From Chiloscyllium plagiosum (lineage: Eukaryota), in contig NC_057750.1 in the NCBI RefSeq assembly GCF_004010195.1, forward strand, positions 7,161,668-7,225,667: a DNA stretch of 64,000 bases, in the 5' to 3' direction. Shown piece by piece: positions 1 through 15,060 of this stretch. The notes under the pieces were generated by a model. It saw only the letters and a list, made by a program, of their open reading frames with translations, was not told where the DNA came from and ran no database searches. Position 1 is the stretch's first letter; each line of letters begins with the position of its first letter. The position numbers and the translations under genes are program-made.

Positions 1-312
1 CCTACTTTGTTGCCCCCCCCCCCCCAATTCCCCGACTTTATTTCGCCCTTTCCCCTCAAAATACAGATTTGAGGTTTCCATCAGATCGCCATTATCTGTT
101 TGAATGGCTTACTCCTGCTTGTTCACATGACTACAAGTTAGGTCACAGCCAGCAGTAAAATGAATTGTACCAAGATACTGTAAATCAGAAATAAGAGCAG
201 GAAATAATGGAAGCACCCATTAGGTCTGGCAGCAGGATAGGGAAATTGTATTTAGGTATTGTAATCCTTTCGTCTGTTATTTTCTAAGCATGATTTTTCT
301 TGTTTGTGTTAG

Positions 313-367
313 TAATAATATGCTGTATCCAAAGGAAGATAAAGAAAACCGGATCCTGCTTTATGCG
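313..367 (+). CDS. polr2i: RNA polymerase II subunit RPB9, coding exon 2 (exon 1 lies upstream of the window)
   Basis: ttag|T AAT AAT ATG ... TAT GCG|gtgagt encodes (C)NNMLYPKEDKENRILLYA, matching vertebrate RPB9; canonical AG/GT sites. Confidence 0.96.
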
Positions 368-1129
368 GTGAGTTCACACGTTTTTAAAGTGATTGTTTTA
401 TTCAGGAATCTCAGTTTTGCTGAGATCAGCTTTCAGGAGCAAAAGTATCAACACAATATAGACAGGTGATACAAAGGACCAAAATGGTAGATACTGGATT
501 AACTAACAAATGGGATGTGAGGCAGAAGGAGATGATAATGGGATGGGTTTGATGGAGGTGGAATGTTGTTAAGTTGGGGGTGGGGTTAATATGGACCGGG
601 TAGGCAGTGGAAGAATCATCCAACAGCTTTGACCAAAAAATGTGGCAGAACTGATGATGTGAAATACCTGAATTCAGTGGGTTCTGAAGGTAAAGAGCCC
701 AGTTGAAAGATGAAGTATTGCTGCTGGAGCTTGGTTGTGCTGGCCCTTACACTGTTCCACATTTTTATCAGGTGGTGTGCTATGTTGTAGTTGCATTCCC
801 TGGTGTGTATAAGGGACTGTTTGCATTTGGTCCCACCCCAGCGGAAAGTGCTCCTGCAGGTTGTTGTATTTACATAAAGTACTTGATGTGAAGGAGCAGA
901 ATCCAGTCACACATTGGTGCATCCAGGGATATTTCTGCTGCTGCAGAGGAAGGATTGGAAAAGGGTGATGTTGTGACAAAATAAATGTCATGTAAACAAA
1001 ATACCCAGCTTCTCAGGATTCTACCACCCTTTGTGTATACAAGTGCTTATTAACATCTCTCCTAAGTGATCCGGTCCTAATTCACAGGCGGTTTCCCTGT
1101 TTGGAGATTCCAGAACTTGGGAAATAGTC

Positions 1130-2420
1130 TGTGAATTAGGGCCAGACTGCTTATCTTTTTTTCTTGTTAATATCACAAAGACTTTGATCAGATCGCCCTT
1201 AAACGTTTAAATTCGAGAAAGAACAGACCTCATTTGGGTTTTGTTTAAAGTGTAATCCTTGAAGTCTAGGTATCATTCTTTTAAACCCATGTTGAATTCC
1301 CTCCAAGGCCAATCTTTCCTTCCAAAGTCCCACATCCGCGCTCAGTATTCAATGTAGGGTCTATAGGGTTTTGTACATTTGCAGCATAACTTCTGCATCC
1401 TGGTCCTCCACTCCTGTAGATATAAAGGCCAGCATTCCAGTAGCTTTCATGATTGTTTTCTGTACCAGTTTGTGACATTTTAAAAATCTATGCATCTGAG
1501 CCCCAAAGTGTCTCGTTCATTCACTGTATTTAACTTCATACCATCTAGTAAGTACACTGATCTACCCTTTCTCGATCCAAAGTGGATAACCTCACACTAG
1601 CTTAAATTAAACTGCATCTGTTACGGTTTTGCTCATTCACTTGGTATAAAATTATAAAGAGCAATTGATAGACTATCATCAGTACCATTATCTACATTGC
1701 CGTCTAGCTTTGTGTCATCAGCAAATTTGTGTATGTGACTTTCTGTGCCATGATCCAAGATGTGAAGAAATAATGTGAATAATTGAGGCCCTAACAGATC
1801 CTTTTGGGACACCACTAGTCACATTCTAACAATTCGGGTACAGGTATCCCCCCTCTGCTATCTGAAAGTAGAGCGTTCTTATGAAATCTTTCGTTCGCCA
1901 AAATGCCATAATGCGAAAATGCATTAATTTATATGGCAAAAGTTTGACCTCTTCTCGTAAAAGCAAAAGTCCTCTTCGGATTAGTGAAAACAGGTCCTAA
2001 TGTAGGTCTTTCATAAAAGGGAAATGGCGTAAAGCGATCTTTCGAACAGCCTCCTCAGTTATCTCTATTTCCCCATTATCCCTACTCTGTCACCTGTCAT
2101 GTCAGTATTTTGCCCTCAATCTCATGGCCATTAGTTAAAAGTCTTTATGTGGGATTTTTATCAGATGCCTTCTGGAAGTACATATGAATGATGTAGACAT
2201 TCTCCTGTCCTCAATCACCACCTCAAAAAATACAATGAGGTTTTGCTGGGCATGACCTTTCTGTCATTAATCCATGATTAACTAAATATGTTCCAGATAT
2301 GCAGTTAGTCCCAATAATTTCCCCATCATAGATATCAGGCTAACTAGTCTGTAATTACCTAATTTTCCTATTTCATCATGATGGGCTGAATAGCCTTCTG
2401 TCCTGTAACAATTCTGTGAA
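1130..2420 (-). mobile_element. Degraded CR1-like LINE fragments
   Basis: Minus-strand peptide LLGPQLFTLF..LD......HKFADDTKL (RT motif), with adjacent CR1-like ORF2 remnants. Confidence 0.7.
1838..2050. mobile_element. Tc1/mariner (Tigger-like) MITE remnant nested in the LINE
   Basis: Begins TA-CAGGTATCCCCC, a Tigger-like terminus; interrupts the LINE sequence. Confidence 0.45.
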
Positions 2421-2534
2421 GCAACTGCAAATGGCAGTATTAAATTTCTGTAGTATTGAAGAGTAATCGTTCAAACTATAAATGAAAGAAACTGGATTGT
2501 GTTGGCTCCACTGTTGACAACAGTGACTTTAGCT

Positions 2535-2810
2535 GCCTGGGCCTTAAACTCTTCGCTCTTGCCCTCCCTCTTCCCTTTTTCCCCTCTTCTTCCTGCTTTC
2601 TCCTCTCTCCCTCCCCTCCTCTCACTCCTGCCCCCTTCTCTTCCCTCTTCTCACGTCTTCTGTCTTCTCCCTGCCTGCTTCTTACCGCAACTCCACCCTT
2701 CTCCCCCTCATTCTCCCCACTTCTGCCACACTCTTCCCCTCCCCTGCTACTCTCTTGTTCCTGCCCCTCCCTCCTGTCCCCATCCCCGTCCCCCACTTTT
2801 GTTTTTTTTT
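2535..2810. repeat. Polypyrimidine low-complexity tract
   Basis: About 270 bp that is almost only C/T; explains the ORFs at 2476-2898. Confidence 0.85.
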
Positions 2811-3449
2811 TCACACTCCATTTCAAATACTCCTTAAAGTTTGTCTTTTTGAACAACATTTTGATCATCTGTCCCAATATCTTGTGGTTCAGTGACAAAT
2901 TTTGAGTTAACTGTCCCGTGAAGTACTTTGGAAGAATTTATATTGTTCAAGGTGCTACATAGGTGTTACAGTTATGGGAATAAATGACAGTAATCTGTTA
3001 CCAGGTTCATTTCTCGAGTAGTCATGGCTGCTTTTAGTTTCTGACAAATCTTGCTGTTTGTATTCAGGAGTGCAACCCAACTGTGGGAGAGCTGAAGTTT
3101 ACAAAGTGTAATTGTGATGCAATTAACAAGGTTTTTTTTACTGTGAGGCTGGTGGAGAACTAGAAGAAAGGAAATCCCTGGAGTCTGTGCATGGATTTAT
3201 GTAAAAGCAGCAGAGCTTGTCATTTAAGTTGACAACTTGTCTGAACAACAGAGAAATGTGTTTGTAAGCAAAAAAAACGCTGAAATATTTTGTAGCTGGT
3301 GTTGGATGGCGACAAACTGATTAAATCCCTTGGCTGTTGAACATGCAAAGTGTAATCTGCAATGTTGCACAACTCTAAGTTTACTGTTGGTGAAATGCTA
3401 GTCTGTATGACACACAAAAGCACTTAAACCTTAGAATTGCAAGGGTTTA

Positions 3450-3785
3450 ATTCATGGGTTGAGGGCGTTGCTGGCTAGACCAGCATTTATTGCCCATCCC
3501 TAATTGCCCAGAGGGCAGTTAAGATTCAACCACATTGCTGTGGGTCTGGAGTCACATGTAGGCCAGACCAGGTAAGGATGGCAGTCTCCTTCCCTAAAGG
3601 ACATTAGTGCAACAGATGGGTTTTTACTGAGAATCAACAATGGTTTTGTGGTCATCATCAGACATTTAATTTCAGATTTTTATTGAATTTGAATTGTACC
3701 ATCTGCCATTACAGGATTCAAACCCAGATTGCCAGAACTTTTACCTGGGTTTCTGGATTAATAGTCCAGCAATATTACCACCAGA
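3450..3785 (-). mobile_element. tRNA-derived SINE (SacSINE1/Deu-like); further copies at about 13600-13810, 34710-34950, 49210-49520, 53465-53810, 55560-55870, 60002-61350
   Basis: Recurrent block ccttacctggtctggcctacatgtgactccagacccacagcaat...gggatgggcaataaatgctgg. The 3' tail is shared with the LINE fragments at about 21190, 31440, 37200 and 62085. Confidence 0.75.
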
Positions 3786-4589
3786 TGTTTAATGTTTTGA
3801 TGTTTTAGATTACTGACTGAAAATGGGGTGAATGGTTCCTACATTCACTGGCCTGGGGCAGACTTCCTACAGAGTGGGGTTGTAAGATTAAATTTTAGGG
3901 TTGCAAGGTCCAAGAACAAAATGGCGGCCATCAAACAGTGGATCGTTTTGAATAAATTGTACTTTTCTGGCAAATTGTGCCAAGCTTGTGGCTGATTTTG
4001 TGACATCTGGTGAATCCCATCTCTGTTTTGTGCATCAGGTTTGATTCAGTGATGATTGCCACACATCCCAAGGGAGAGGATTTAAAACTCTAGCCACGAC
4101 TGCTGCCATGCTGATAGGTGTGCACCAAACTTGTAAAATGGAATCACAGTGAGAAAATGTTTGGAACATAAAGACATTGCCCAGTGTTACACTAGCCCAG
4201 ACAATGCAGAATGCTTCAGCAGTCTATGCTGAATCATGAGCTGCACTGGGTATCAGTGCCTCTACATTTCTGAATTCCCAAACTCTGTGCTTCCCTGCAG
4301 AATGAATGGGAAACTGAAGGTGTAAACACTTGAACCAGAAGCTTGTTCTCATCTAATCAGGGCCTGTATTAAAATGTAAATTGCTTAAAATATTCGGCAG
4401 CATCAGTGGAGAGACACACTAAGCTAATATGTCAGGACAAACACCGAATACTGGAAACACTCAGCAGTGGCAGCATCACTGGAGAGAGAATCAGAGTTAA
4501 CGTTTCAAGTCCATATGAAGAACTACAGCTTTTTTTTCATGATCTGTGTGACCAGGCTCTAACTTAAATGCTATATGTTTTAATTTCAG

Positions 4590-4663
4590 TGTCGAAACTG
4601 TGACTACCAACAAGAAGCTGATAACAGCTGTATCTATGTCAACAAAATCACGCATGAAGTGGA
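4590..4663 (+). CDS. polr2i: RPB9 coding exon 3
   Basis: ttcag|TGT CGA AAC ... GTG GA|gtaagt encodes CRNCDYQQEADNSCIYVNKITHEV(D); phases are compatible with the neighbouring exons. Confidence 0.97.
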
Positions 4664-4799
4664 GTAAGTAGCATGTGTCTGCTGTGTGCGATGTTAAGCA
4701 GTGCATCATTGTAACGGAGGCTGGCAGTTAAGTTGTAAGTGTACCATGGAGAAGCTAGCTACATGCAGGACTGGCATAACAGACACGAATTATTGAGAG

Positions 4800-5105
4800 T
4801 GATTAGATTAGATTCCCTACAGTGTGGAAACAGGCCTTTTGGCCCAACAAGTCCACCCAGACCCATTCCCCTGCATTTTACCCCTGACTAATGTACCGAG
4901 CACAATGGGCAATTTATCATGGCCAGTCCACCTGACCTGCACATCTTTGGACTGTTGGAAGAAACTGAAGCACCTGGAGGAAACCCACACAGGCATGGAG
5001 AGAATGTGCAAACTCTATACAGACAGTCACCCGCGGCTGGAATTGAACCCAGGTTCCTGGCGCTGTGAGGCAGCAGTACTAACCACTGAGCTACTGTGCC
5101 ACCCC
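4800..5105 (-). mobile_element. HE1-like V-SINE
   Basis: tRNA-like head (ggcacagtagctcagtggttagtactgctgcctcacagcgcc), V-domain (gtttgcacattctcc..gggtttcctcc) and CR1-type tail ending (aatct)n. Confidence 0.88.
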
Positions 5106-6840
5106 ACCCCACCCCACCCCACCCCACTGTGGTTCTTCTCATTTCTTGTGGCTCCCTTGAACATTGTGGTTAAACGCTCTCTGTGGTCCTGAACCATGCA
5201 GACCAATATTTGCTGAATGACCTTATTTCAGTCTTCACCTAGTGCTGTGCTTTAGAGAACATAAAGTTGATCTGATTGCTGCCCCATGGTCTTGGTGGAA
5301 AGTCTGCAAGTATAGGAGCAGGAACAAGAGTGTGTGAAACTGATTCTCGAGCTCACTACACCATTTGAATAAGATTTTAGCTGATTTTAATCTTGGTGTG
5401 GCTTGAGTCTAATAAACATGTCCAAATATCTACTGGTCTCAGTCTTGAACTTAGTTACCAATTGAGCATCCACAGCTCTCTGGGGAAAAGAATTACAAAG
5501 ATTCTCAAACTCAATGCAGAAGTATTGCCCTATCCGAGTCACAAATGGCCCGCTCTTATTCTCTGAGACAAAGCTCTAAACTTCCAGCCAGACCTCTCAT
5601 CCCAGGAATCAATCTTGTATTTTGATTGTATTGCATTTTAAGTGATGTGTGTCCTTCCTTGGATATGGAGATCAAAACTACACAGTACTTGAGGCATAAT
5701 CTCGTTAAAGTTTGTGTGCTTCAAGTCAGGATAGAACAGCTGTTCCTGTGTTGGCATCTTGATGCATAAACACCTTCCACCCAGAGATTTGACTCTTTTG
5801 GTGATGTACTAGAGGATTACTAAGATGTGGCTACTTGGAATCCTCACCTTAAGAACACCTGTTTCTGTAACCGTTTAATGACCATATCAGGATATTCCAT
5901 TTAATTTTTTTTATATCCAAAAATATCTTCTTCAGCCCAGGAAAAAAATGATAAGTTTCAAGCAAGTGATACACGATCTAAACGCTAGGTGATTTTGCAA
6001 GGAACCATTTAGCAAAATATTGTAACGTTGGTAGTTTTTCATAAGAGACTCTCGGTCTGGATATACTGAGATATTGGTCTGGATTTTGCTGTTTTCAGTG
6101 AAACATTGGCACTCACTGCTGGGTTCGAAAGAACTTCCCCAGGCAAATCCAGAATCTCTATGCTGTGGTTTCCCCCAGTCTCCACCAGCTGTTTAAATCT
6201 AGCACCAAGTCAAGGCCACTTCTAACAGCAGTGCTGTGAACAACCAATCACATTGCATTATTCTCACAGACAGTGAAGGAATTTGAAAGCGCTTGAGCTT
6301 CTTTGCTTAAAATATGAATAATTCAGACAGTAAAATAAATGATTGAATTAAGAGGAAAGATTAATAATGAAGATAATCAATGCAGATTTTTTTCCGAGTC
6401 AAATAGTTTGACATCCATGGACAAACTTCGCTATTTAGGGCCAGAGGGGTGTTTAATAGTAATTTGAACTGAGTGCATTTTAAAACAAAAACCAGCTACT
6501 CTTCATTTGACACTGTTAGAGTTTTTTATAATGAGAACAAGAGTGTAGCAACTGAACTTCTGTCTTCAGTTCAGTGTTTTCCAGTTGATTGCTGTCTGGG
6601 GGAGCTCAGAGGGTGCTTGTTTTGAAGGAATGTCAAATTATGACAGCAATTTCCAAATTTCCTGGTTTCTGCTCACATATGGACGCCAGAAGTTGCGATC
6701 AGCTTGAGTGGTGTAACAGCAACGAATGTTGTGACACTCATCACCATTGGTCCAGTGGCCTTCAAGTTGAATTTCTTTTTGTTTTCTAATACATGGAATA
6801 GCTGGGCCTGATCTTGTATGGTTGAACTTTATACCAGTAA

Positions 6841-7245
<405 letters not shown>

Positions 7246-7395
7246 GACTTTATTTTACAAGAGTTCTCATACAGCCTAAATTTGTTGACGATCCAGTCTT
7301 GAGTTATCAGGGAGAAAGATGATGTGTCTACCTATTCACTGCACCATGCTCTCTAATACGCAGCCATTCTAAATTGTTGATCATTGAGAACCTTT

Positions 7396-7618
7396 CTGAT
7401 TATGAGAACATTCCTGTTGAAGGGCTTATGCCTGAAAGGTCGATTCTCCTGCTCAAATGCTGCCTGACCTGATGCGCTTTTCCAGCAACACATTTTCAGC
7501 TCTGATCTCCAGCATCTGCAGACCTCACTTTCTCCTCAAATGCTGCCTGACCAGCTGTGCTTATCCAGCCCCAAACTCTTGACACAGATCTCCAGCATCT
7601 GCAGTCCTCACTTTCTCC
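7396..7618 (+). mobile_element. PLE terminal fragments (family 1), tandem, with a 14-bp TSD
   Basis: TSD cattgagaaccttt at 7382-7395 and 7619-7632; sequence matches the PLE 3' ends at about 27600 and 54620. Confidence 0.7.
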
Positions 7619-9514
7619 CATTGAGAACCTTTATCAACCGTGTTGTAGAAGGTCATGGATTGGATCACACTTGCCTTTCTGTCGTAGATACGGAACAGAG
7701 GTTCTTGTTTGGTGCAATAAGAGAGGACAAAATCTGTCTTAGGAAAATGTCAGGTATATGACCTCCAATAGCACAGCAGTCAGGTGGCTTATCTGACTAT
7801 GTGAATCATCCAAACCTTTCTCCAGTTGACTCAGATCTGACTGTCCTGTTGGAGCTAGTCAAAAAATAATAATACCTAATCCCCAATCTCGACAGTGTGC
7901 CTCGGCTCCTTCTGCCTTGACTTGTGATATCTAATGCTGCAACATCTCACTGCCCTCTTCCATGTTGAGTCAGCCTTTAAACCTCATAATCCTTTCCATG
8001 ATGATGACTACTTATTGCACATTGTCTACCTTCTCCTAATCTCCACCCTCCTTCCATAGGCAGATGTTAGCACCCTCAATTAGGAGTAATTCATTCTCAC
8101 TGTAATTGTTGTGGGCATTTAATGTCTTTTTCCTGAGAAATAGATGTTCTAACCAGAGCAGCTTGGATGTTATCCTGGGACCTGGAGCAGAGGCAGCCTC
8201 AGAAACTGGCATATCAGCCTGTGGCCTGAATGTGCAGCAGCAGCTGATGCATTGCAGAGAAAAAGCTTGAGGCATTTGCTGTGAGGAGCTGGAGCTGGGG
8301 ATGGAGACTGACAGCCTGAGGCCAGTGAACCTTAGAGGGGTTTGGGATACTTGCGAAGCAGAACACTAGCTGCCATTGCCATGAGACAGATAGGTAATGT
8401 CATTAACTAATATAGCACAGACGGAGCCCATTTAACCCATCGTGCTTATGCCAGCTCTTTGTTGGGGTGTCCAGGTGATCTCCATGTCCTCTTGTCCAGG
8501 TGATCTCCATGTCCCTGTCCCTAAACACGTGTCTTTCCCCATAGCTGTTTTCTCGCCTTCAATTATCCAGTTAATTCTTAACAATGACTCCTGAATCTGT
8601 TTCCAGCCCATGCAATGCTCTCTTGGTCATAGGAGGTCTAGAATTGTTTTGCCAGTTACTCTGTCGTCTGTTTACTGACCCTCCTGGAAACAATTTCTCC
8701 TTAGTCTCCCGAGACCCTTTAAACATCTCTATCAAATCCCCTCTTAGCCCCTCAGACTGTAATGAGGGAACCTCTCTGCTTTTCCACTCCATATAACTGA
8801 GGTCCCTCAACTGATATCATACAGTAAATCACCCGTCCCTCCTTCCCAGGCCACAACACCCTACAGTGAATGGCTGAGCATTAGATGCAGTACTCCAGCT
8901 GAAGCCTAATATGAACTTTTAAGATTTTTGCATGTATTTGTGCTCTATCCCTCAGTTAAATCCAAGGATCCCAAGATTTTCTTCAGTGGTCTTCTGGATA
9001 TCGAAGATTTGGGGGCATACAAGTCTCTGTTACTGCACCCACTTTAAAATTGGACCATGTTGCTTCTCCTCATTGTTTCCAGAAAATGTATGCCTTCAAT
9101 CAGTTTTGTATCAAAAATGATGGGTCTAGAAAAATCAGAAAGGGAAAAACTGCTTCTGCTCATTAGGGGATTGAGAACAAGAGGCCACAGATTTAAACTT
9201 CTTATCAAAACAAGCAAAAGTGCCATGTGGTAAACCTTGTTCAAGCAGTGAGTGGGTACAGTCTGAAATGCGCAGTCTGAGTTCACTTGAAATGCTCAAA
9301 AGGGAATTAAGGCTGTTATCTGAAAATGAACTGCGTGCTTTGACAGACCAAGAGGAGAAGATGTGGGAATGGAACAATGTGAATTGTTCGTGCAGGCTTG
9401 TGGGCTGAATGGTCTCCTCCTGCACTACAGCAGTTCTGAGATTGTGTGAAAATTCACCAGGCTGTACACATTCTTCTGAAAGCTGTTAACAGCTGTTTTA
9501 AAATGTCGTTGCAG

Positions 9515-9566
9515 GTGTGGACACAAGGAAGCTGTGTTTTTCCAGTCACACAGTGCAAGAGCTGAG
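9515..9566 (+). CDS. polr2i: RPB9 coding exon 5
   Basis: ttgcag|G TGT GGA CAC ... GCT GAG|gtacag encodes (K)[17 protein letters not shown]. Confidence 0.96.
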
Positions 9567-10616
9567 GTACAGACATTGAACCTATTGGAAATATGCACGT
9601 AATTGTCAAAAGCATGTATTCAAGCCACATAACGCAACTGAATATCATCAGTGATATGGATAATTGTGTTATCTATTAGAGGCCACAGAACAAACATTAG
9701 TTGTTTTTCACTATTTGTCCTTTGGTAAATAAAACTGAACTTTAATTTATCCTCTCTTAAAGATGTAAGGGAAGGGTGTTTAAACTTGTGAAAGTAGGTG
9801 TTGGCATGCAGTGCTGCTTTGTTTACTGACCGTATTTTTTGTTTGCTGAGTGGGTTCTCTCAGCACTCCTGCCAAGCCCAGTATCGAGCCGTCTGCAGGC
9901 TCCAGCAGCCATTGTAACCACTACTTAAACCTTCTGCCGCCTAGCTCGAAATGTGCACGTAGCTGTCTGCTTTGAAATGCCTTTGCGACAGTTTGTGAGT
10001 CTGAATGTGTAGCCAGGGAGAATAGGATAATGAACAGCCATGAATTACTCAGGGTGTGTGTGGGTTTTCTTTTGTTTTCTAAGTCATGGCTCTGAATAGG
10101 TAGCCTGGGTGATGAAAAGCTTTAAGTTTGACCCTTGATTAGAGTGCTATGGGAGTGTGACAATATGGTGTATTGGTTACAGACTCTCTGGAGAACCATA
10201 ATTATTCGAAAGTGAGATCTCTGAGGATAACAAGGGTCTTGCTTTGTAAAAAAAACTAATATGTGGATATGTAGTAAATCTTATGTTAAGTACAATAGGT
10301 GTACATAAGATTTAAGTATTCTTCAGTTTTAAAATGTAAAATCCAGGAAGCTTCCCTCAAAATTTTAGACAGTTCAATTGTTGTGTTTACGTGCCTATTA
10401 AGGTTTAGGTCAGGACTGTGACCTTGCTTTATGTACAACATTAACAGCGTTTATGGTTTTAAAAGGGTGAGAAACATATTAGAATGTAGGGAAACCTGAC
10501 TGCCAGTTTGCCTCCACTTCTGTGAATGAGCCAAATGGTGTCTGTGACTCATCAGGGACAAAAGATTGAGTTTGAAGCATACATCTAATTGCAGCTACCG
10601 TTCCTCCCCGCTGCAG

Positions 10617-10679
10617 GACGCAATGAGGCTATACTATGTGTGCACAGCACCACACTGCGGCCATCGCTGGACTGAGTGA
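10617..10679 (+). CDS. polr2i: RPB9 last coding exon
   Basis: ctgcag|GAC GCA ATG ... ACT GAG TGA encodes [20 protein letters not shown], the RPB9 C-terminus. Confidence 0.97.
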   Translation, partial: DAMRLYYVCTAPHCGHRWTE

Positions 10680-10857
10680 GGAGGCTGTGTCAGCCCGTGA
10701 GACTTTGCTGTGTCCTTGTCAGACTGTACCACCTGTGACCTTTCTCAACAATCAGACTGTCAATTCATGGACAATGCAAAATTGAGTCAGAAAAATCAGC
10801 TGTTTGGTCAAATGTTTATTTTTTTTAATGCACTGACTGCTGATTTGTAAATACAGT

Positions 10858-10863
10858 AATAAA
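10858..10863 (+). promoter_or_regulatory. Probable polyadenylation signal of polr2i
   Basis: AATAAA about 180 nt after the stop codon, followed by T/GT-rich sequence. Confidence 0.6.
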
Positions 10864-11824
10864 TATTTTAAAAAGTTGGAATTATGTTCTGTGAATCAGC
10901 ATTTACTTAAGTGGTATCTCTCAGTACTGTTTCACGGAATCAAGAAAAACCACTTAGTATCTGAAGTGAATATACATCAGAGTTTATCTATTCTGATTCC
11001 CTTGCCCCATACACACTGATGTTTTTCTTTGTCTTTATCTAGTTGTGTTAAATGATACAGTAAACTCCTGTGATTTTTCTTTGTTATGTAAAGGCTCTTA
11101 TATAAAAGTATGTCTCAGAGAAGCTTAAAAAAATGATACAATGTATATTTTCCCACTTCTTTCGCAGCCTTGCCTTTAACTGTCTAGAGGCTTCAATTCT
11201 GCAAAACTTTCCTGAAACAAATTCTACTTGTCTCTTCATCTTTTGAGAAGCTCCTTAAAGCCTATCTTTTAAAGAAAACATTTGTTCAATTCCTGCTATC
11301 TTGCTCTTTAGTTCTTTGCAGACGGTTCACTGGATTCAAAAGGTTAACTCTGCTTTCTCTCCACGTGCTGCCAGACTTGCCGAGTATCTCTAGCTGTTTC
11401 TGTTCTTGTTCAGATCTTCAGGCATCTGCAGTTCTTTGTTTTATTTTGCTCTTTAGCTCAAAGTCCATTTGTGTTTGATAAGCCCTCCTGTCAAGTGCCT
11501 TGGGTCAATTTACTCCATAATAGCTGTATATAAATGAAAGCTGTTGCTGTGTCCCTACTTGTAATTTTATGAAACAGCAGTCTTATTCTGCTGCATTAAT
11601 GTGTGCACCAATGTACATTTTAATGTCATTCTGCAGCCTGACTGACATGTTGCTGTTCTTTTCTGATGGACAGAGTTAACCAGTTACATCCACCCAATGC
11701 CTGCATCAGATTCTTCATTGATCCTCATGGACAGGATGGGAGAGAAGCAAACGTGTTCTGATTTGTAGAGTCTATGAATATTAGATGGTCAGAGAACAGG
11801 ATGTAAATATTTTGGGTGATTTGT

Positions 11825-12140
11825 AGGCAGCAGGGTGGCTCAGTGATTAGCACTGCTGCCTCACCGCACTAGGGACTGGATACAATTCCAACCTCGGATG
11901 ACTGTCTGTGTGGAGTTTGCACATTCTCCCACTGTCTGTGTGGGTTTCCTCTGGGTGCTCCGATTTCCTCTCACTATCCAAAGATGTGCAGGTTAGGTAA
12001 ATTGCCCCATAGTATCCTGGGATGTGCAAGTTAGGTGGATTAGCCATAGGACATGCAGGGTTACAGGCATAGGGTGGGATGCTCTTCAGAAGGTTAGTGT
12101 GGACTCAATGGCCTACTTGCACATTGTAAGGATTCTATGA
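11825..12140 (+). mobile_element. HE1-like V-SINE
   Basis: Same head, V-domain and tail as the other copies. Confidence 0.85.
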
Positions 12141-14662
12141 TTTGGATGTGAATTGAAAAGTTTTCTGCCTGAGTCCACTCTGTGTGCATCTCATTTGTGT
12201 ACCAACAAGCTGTGCTACTCAGTAGTACCTTAATTTTCTTTTCTGGAAAATTTACAGCCTCTAAACTGCAGTTTCTGGGCTGCCAGTGGCTCTATGGTAC
12301 CCTGACCACTGTCTGAGTCTTCGACCTCAGCGAAGTTCCCCTTTGTCTTCACTCAGCATTCATACATTCATGTTCCCGACATTAGGAACGTGCTTTGTTA
12401 CAGTGAGATTATTTTCCCCCTCTCTAACTTGCTCTGCCTTACTGGAGTTCAGAACTATGGACAGCTAGAGGCTCCCACATATTCTCCACTACACGGTTGT
12501 CCAGGAATCTCTCCCAGCCTCGCTAATCATCATTTGCATATGTTGAAAAGATTTGCAGGTTGATGGGCACCCTGTTTGGTCCTGTTGTGCGCACACATTT
12601 TCTTGGCCATTGAGTCCTGGAGTGGGACTCCAACTGGACCTCCTAAACTTGAGGCAAGTGCACTACCCACTGTGCCTCAGAACATTCCTTTCTCCTGTGC
12701 TTGCTCCTGAACTCATTTGGAGACATGCCTGTGTTTTATCACAGTCAATCTGGCATCAAACTCAGGCCTGTGGACAGCTCCGATCCTGTTGATGTTCCCA
12801 TCTGTCCTTTTTATATTTTTTCTCTCGCCCCAATTTAAAATTGTTTGTCATCTCTTAATATGAAGTCTGTTTGATGCCAAACTGCCATCTGTTTCCCATT
12901 ATCTTTTTTGAAAATTTATTTATTTTTGTGGGATGTGTGGTGTTGCTGGCTAGCCAGTGTTTATTGCCCATCCCAAATTGCCCTAGCTGAAAGCAAACAA
13001 ATTGTTTATCGACACCATTGAGTTGGACAGTTCGGGTGATGAACACTTCACTGCAACTTAAAACTGAACTTGGAAATGCTCAGCAAGTTAATGGCCGCAG
13101 AGTCTATGGAGAGATGTATGGTTAGAATTTAAAATTAGATTAAAAAGTCACATCTGAAATTTTAACTCTGTTTCTCTCTCTGCAGATGCTCCTACACCTG
13201 GAATAAATTTTCTGTTATCATTTGAGATTTTCAATGTTCACTTAATATTTTTCAGTTCAGAAGCTGTTCAAACAGTAAACAATCTGTACTGAATAAAAAC
13301 CGAAAGAACTGCAGACGCTGTAAAAAAGAAACAAAAACGGAAATTGCTGGGAAAGCTTAGCAGGTCGGGCAGCATCTGTGGAGAGAAATCAGAGTTATTC
13401 TTTTGTGTCAAGTGATGCCTCCTCCTCCTAGCTAACCTTCCCAACTTGTTAGATCAAGTATCACAGTGAACACCTCCAAATGACAAGTTTATTCCAGACA
13501 CTTGAGCAGCTAATCTCGTTTCTTTCCTTTGGATTCTGAAGAGGCTATTTTTGCTCATTCTTAGGTGCTCTTGAACTGGGTATTTTGCTAAGCCGTTTTG
13601 GAGGATAATAGTCAACTCTTGGCTGTGAATCTGGAGTCACAGTCGGCTAGACGACACAAGGGTGGCAGATTTCCTTCCCTGAAGACCGTTAGTGAACCAG
13701 GTGGATTTTTTAAACAATATGTTTATGATCACTGTGACTGAGACCAGCTTTTATTTCCAGATTTATTCATTTAATTTCTACCCGCTGCTATTGTGAGGTT
13801 CTGAAATGTGAGTCCTGTGATGTTATTACTTACTAAGTGTGAAAGATAGCCTTTTCTGAAGGTCTGCATTGATGATGCAGATGGGCCATTGCAGCAATCA
13901 ATGAAGTTCTCCATAATTGAGACTACCTTTTAATTCCAGGCCACCTCACTGTGGTGAGATTTTGAACCCATGCTCTAAGTTGTTTAGTGTTATTCTGACT
14001 ATGTCACCACCTCCCTGTTAGTGACAATGTGTTCTGGTACCCTCCCCGCTACGTTAAACCCAGGATCCATCACAGTGATTTACTGAAACCTGAAAGAACT
14101 GCAGATGCTGGAAAAACTGGAGCGAAAGCAGGAAAATGGGAGCAAGAAGCATGTCAGCCATGATGGAATGGCGAACCATACTCGAATGGCTTAATTCTGC
14201 TCCTAGAACTTATGAAGCAGGTCTGGCAGCATCTGTGGAGAGAAATCTCCACGAGTGATTTACTGGTGATGGTTAATAGATGGAAAAATGTCACAGCGAC
14301 TGAGGGGGACAAAGCTAATGTGTGTAAGAGCACTTCTGGATATAAAAAAAATTGTCGAAAAAAAACTAGGACTTAAGCTTCCACGAAAAAATAAGTGCAC
14401 ATAATTGGTTCCAAAACCAGTTTCAAGGAGTAGTGGAGTTCATCTCTGGTGTCCTTGCCAATATTTATCCCTCAGTCAATATAATAAAAGCAGATGATTC
14501 TGTCAGCGCATTGCTGCTGTTTGTGGCATTTTGCTCCTGCATGTTGGTACCACATTGCCTATGTTAGAACAATTGATGCAATTTAAAAGTTTTTCTTGGG
14601 CAACTTTTGGATGCTGCTCGTGATAGCTGCTATCTCAGTGCTGCTGCTTTCTTGGCTGGTTT

Positions 14663-15040
<378 letters not shown>

Positions 15041-15060
15041 TTATACAGCAACCTTTCACA

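Noticed and set aside
2476..2898. 140-aa charged ORF and its antisense 112-aa ORF
   Set aside because: Products of a polypurine/polypyrimidine low-complexity tract inside a polr2i intron.
3917..3928. Perfect YY1-like motif CAAAATGGCGGC in polr2i intron 2
   Set aside because: An isolated motif with no CpG island or other support; function cannot be inferred.
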